DNA of 64,000 nt from Sporopachydermia quercuum. Taxonomy: Eukaryota. Within the stretch, counting starts at the first letter, position 1; each line of letters opens with the position of its first letter. Where the stretch lies: positions 198,433 to 262,432 of the forward strand of contig BCGN01000007.1 in the NCBI GenBank assembly GCA_001599295.1. Direction: 5' to 3'. This document shows, piece by piece, positions 61,180 to 64,000 of this stretch. The notes beneath the pieces are model-generated. The model saw only the letters and a list, made by a program, of their open reading frames with translations. It ran no database searches and was not told the origin of the DNA. Made by a program: the position numbers and the translations under genes.

Positions 61180-62418
61180 ATGACTGTCTCTACTACTATT
61201 CCAGTTGCGACTGAAGTTATAAATTCTCCGCTTGTTCCTTACTTCCTGCCTGGTCAACCAGCTCCCGCTGGGAAACCAGTTCCAACTATTCCTGAAAATA
61301 AGCTACCTAAACTGTTTACCAAACTGAAAATTGGGTCCTTGACAACAAACAATAGAATTTTCGTGTCACCAATGTGTACATACTCTGGAGAAAATGGTGT
61401 CGTTACCCCTTTTCATTTCCAACATTACACATCGTTAGCAACTAGAGGACCAGGCCTTATTATGGTTGAAGCAACAAGTGTCTCACCAGAAGGTTTAATT
61501 GATCCAAATTCATTGGGAATATGGAATGATGAGCAAGCAACTGCTTTTCAAGATATAGTGAAATTTACTCATGCTGTTGATCAAATCATTGGTATTCAAC
61601 TTGGACATGGTGGTAGGAAAGCAAGCAAGTATCCTCCATATATCAGTTTGTTGAAATCATTACCAAATGAAAAAGGTGGCTGGGAAGATAAGATTGTATC
61701 TGCCTCAGCAATTAGTAGTTACCCAGGAAAATTTCCTGTGCCAAACGAGTTGACTATTGACGAAATTCACTCTTTAGTCAAGAACTTTGGCGAATCTGCC
61801 AAAAGAGCTATTGAGATCAGTGGGTTTGACTTCGTTGAAATTCATGCCGCTCATGGTTTCTTGATTAATTCTTTTCTCAGTGCTTACAGCAATAAGAGAA
61901 CTGATGAGTATGGTGGCAGTTTTGATAATAGAGTCAGATTTTTGATAGAAATTATCGATGAGATTAAGAGCGTTGTTGATACCAATAAAATCCCATTGTT
62001 TGTCAGAATATCTGCTTCTGATAGTAAAGATGATGAGCCTAGTGCATGGAAAATTGAGGATTCACTGAAATTAGCAGATCTTCTTATTGAAAAAGGTATT
62101 GATCTTATCGATGTATCTTCTGGTGGTATTGTATATAATCAGGATCGTTATAGAAAAGAGGATAACTATCAATTCAAGCTTGCAAAGCAAATTAAAGATC
62201 ATGTTGGAGATAAAATATTAGTAACGAGTGTGAAAGACATTGATAGTGCCGCTAAGGCAACTGATATACTTGAGAAAGGAATCGATGCTGTTTTCGTTGG
62301 CAAAGGATTTCTTAGAAACCCCGGTCTTGTATGGACATGGGCTGATGATTTGAATATTAGATTACATCAAATCCAGCAATATGAGTGGGGATTTTATCCG
62401 AAGATTGAATCTATTTAG
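61180..62418 (+). CDS. NADH:flavin oxidoreductase / old yellow enzyme (YqjM/Oye32-like)
   Basis: NRIFVSPMCTYS, EATSVSPEG, IQLGHGGRKAS, FDFVEIHAAHGFL, NKRTDEYGGSFDNRVR and DLIDVSSGG. Confidence 0.92.
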   Translation: MTVSTTIPVATEVINSPLVPYFLPGQPAPAGKPVPTIPENKLPKLFTKLKIGSLTTNNRIFVSPMCTYSGENGVVTPFHFQHYTSLATRGPGLIMVEATSVSPEGLIDPNSLGIWNDEQATAFQDIVKFTHAVDQIIGIQLGHGGRKASKYPPYISLLKSLPNEKGGWEDKIVSASAISSYPGKFPVPNELTIDEIHSLVKNFGESAKRAIEISGFDFVEIHAAHGFLINSFLSAYSNKRTDEYGGSFDNRVRFLIEIIDEIKSVVDTNKIPLFVRISASDSKDDEPSAWKIEDSLKLADLLIEKGIDLIDVSSGGIVYNQDRYRKEDNYQFKLAKQIKDHVGDKILVTSVKDIDSAAKATDILEKGIDAVFVGKGFLRNPGLVWTWADDLNIRLHQIQQYEWGFYPKIESI

Positions 62419-64000
62419 AAGGATCACTCATATTTCATATTAGAGGTGTAAACATTCTTTGGTTGAGAGCTAATAGTTGTACTTTAGTTATGGTGATTGG
62501 TTTTATGACAGTTGAGTTAGTGTCGATGGCTATTGCGTAGCAACTAGACTCCATAGGCTGTCATTGTTTTATTGATATTATTTTATAGATAGATAGATAA
62601 AGATTATTCATGCTAATGTTTTTTCATATTATTTTAAACAGTACAACGTGTATATATATAAATCACTTAACTAGATTGTGATTTATTATTGGTGGCCACA
62701 TTTACAAATAAATAGAAGTAGTATCTCCAACTGCTAAATCAATTTAAAGCAACAGACCACCAGAAAGAACCAACATTATCAATAAAATCAGGATCTCAAG
62801 AAATATTCGAGTTTCTATTTTCCTTAGTTATCGGCGTCAGCAATTGAGTTTATAGCTTACTCACATTAGTCCTATACTACAAACCTTATTTGGCTGGCAA
62901 TGACTTGTTGATCTTCAACAAGAACTATATGAACGAGCTAAATTCCCAGGTGAATATCTATTGAGTTCACCCCTTACTACGCTCTTCTCGACTAATAAGG
63001 AAGGTTTCCAATTATCTTCAAATAATTTCAAAGGATTTCATACGTGAATAATTATCTTTACTGTATCAAAGCAAGTACTTAATAAGCTTTAAGTTGCAAA
63101 CTCTCTTTTCTCATCGAAGGGACATGCGTATTCATGCATATATCTTCAAACCTTACTCAACCTATTCTTATCAATTACTTCCGATTACAGTGTATAAATA
63201 AAAGTCTTCACCGATGCAAGATAAATTATATGTATATGCATTATNGAAAAGCAATTCAGGCACTTCTGAAGCTTTTATATGGTCTACGGTATTGACGTAT
63301 CATCTACTCTTGAGAAGAATGTTGTATGATGAATTCAGTCCAGCATGAGCGAATGGGCGAACATCCTATGATTCACAGTGGAACAATGGAACAAGGAATT
63401 GAATCATTGAGATGTATTTCTTTCATTGGACTAACAGAATATACAGGAATAAGTATCAATTTCCGGACAATTTGGTATTTCTACACGTCGTGTAGTTCTA
63501 ATAAACAGTCAATCCAGCAAATAAAAAANTGACGCCCCAAACAACCATTTAAATAAGAATTGATCTACATACANTTCATTTTCAGATCATCATGAAAAGA
63601 AACCTCTATTAGCCTTTAAATTTTCTATAGATAAAATAAAACATATAATTTCATAACCAAAAATAAAAATCAANTAGATAAAACTACTAAAACAATTCAT
63701 CAAAAATCATAAATATGAAACATTTACGTTCATTATTCATTCATGTGGTGTAAGGAAAAGGCTATAAATTGAATAGAAAATAGGGAACTAGAGAACGTGA
63801 TTCGTTCTTATTATTTGAATCAATGCTTTCATTACCATTATCTTAAGCTTGGTAATATTCTACGCTTAACAAATCATACCATTTCTTATATCCTTTCCTC
63901 ATTCTTCTTCCGTTTTTCCTTTCTTAAATAGTATTCTCAAGTACACTTCTCTCTTTAAAGCAACTTTCAACTAGTAAATACTCATCTTTCTCTTTCTTCC

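Noticed and set aside
63279..63532. Short ORF with a nearby GACTAAC...CAG and a C-box-like ATGATGA
   Set aside because: The candidate splice gives an immediate stop and no D box was found; neither a gene nor a snoRNA is supportable.

Overview
AT-rich genomic DNA from a budding yeast (Saccharomycotina), inferred from the gene set and the GTAAGT/GTATGT...TACTAAC...YAG introns. It uses the standard genetic code (CTG falls at conserved Leu positions in PRE8, UGA1 and UTP14), is intron-rich for a yeast (16-17 coding-region introns in 10 of 21 genes) and retains the U2AF small subunit. I support 21 protein-coding genes: an LRR protein, a PhyH-like dioxygenase, a MEP2-like permease, MED1, COQ5, an orphan secreted protein, UGA1, SET2, LST4, a 2OG-Fe(II) oxygenase, MKT1, a MED3-like gene, UTP14, PRE8, U2AF1, RTF2, COX14, a multi-TM membrane protein, MSC1/Ish1, RSC9 and an OYE-family reductase. 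Several were rebuilt by hand across introns the ORF track misses. Three observations stand out. (1) A 2.75-kb GC-richer island (50140-52958) bounded by a 68-bp direct repeat carries an intact membrane-protein gene and a frameshifted cell-wall-protein pseudogene; the layout fits integration of a circular DNA. (2) TGCA motifs recur at 10-11 bp spacing in many intergenic regions. (3) U2AF1 and RTF2 sit head-to-head and both have atypical splice signals. No tRNA, rRNA, CRISPR or recognisable transposase was seen. All family calls come from motif recognition, not database searches.
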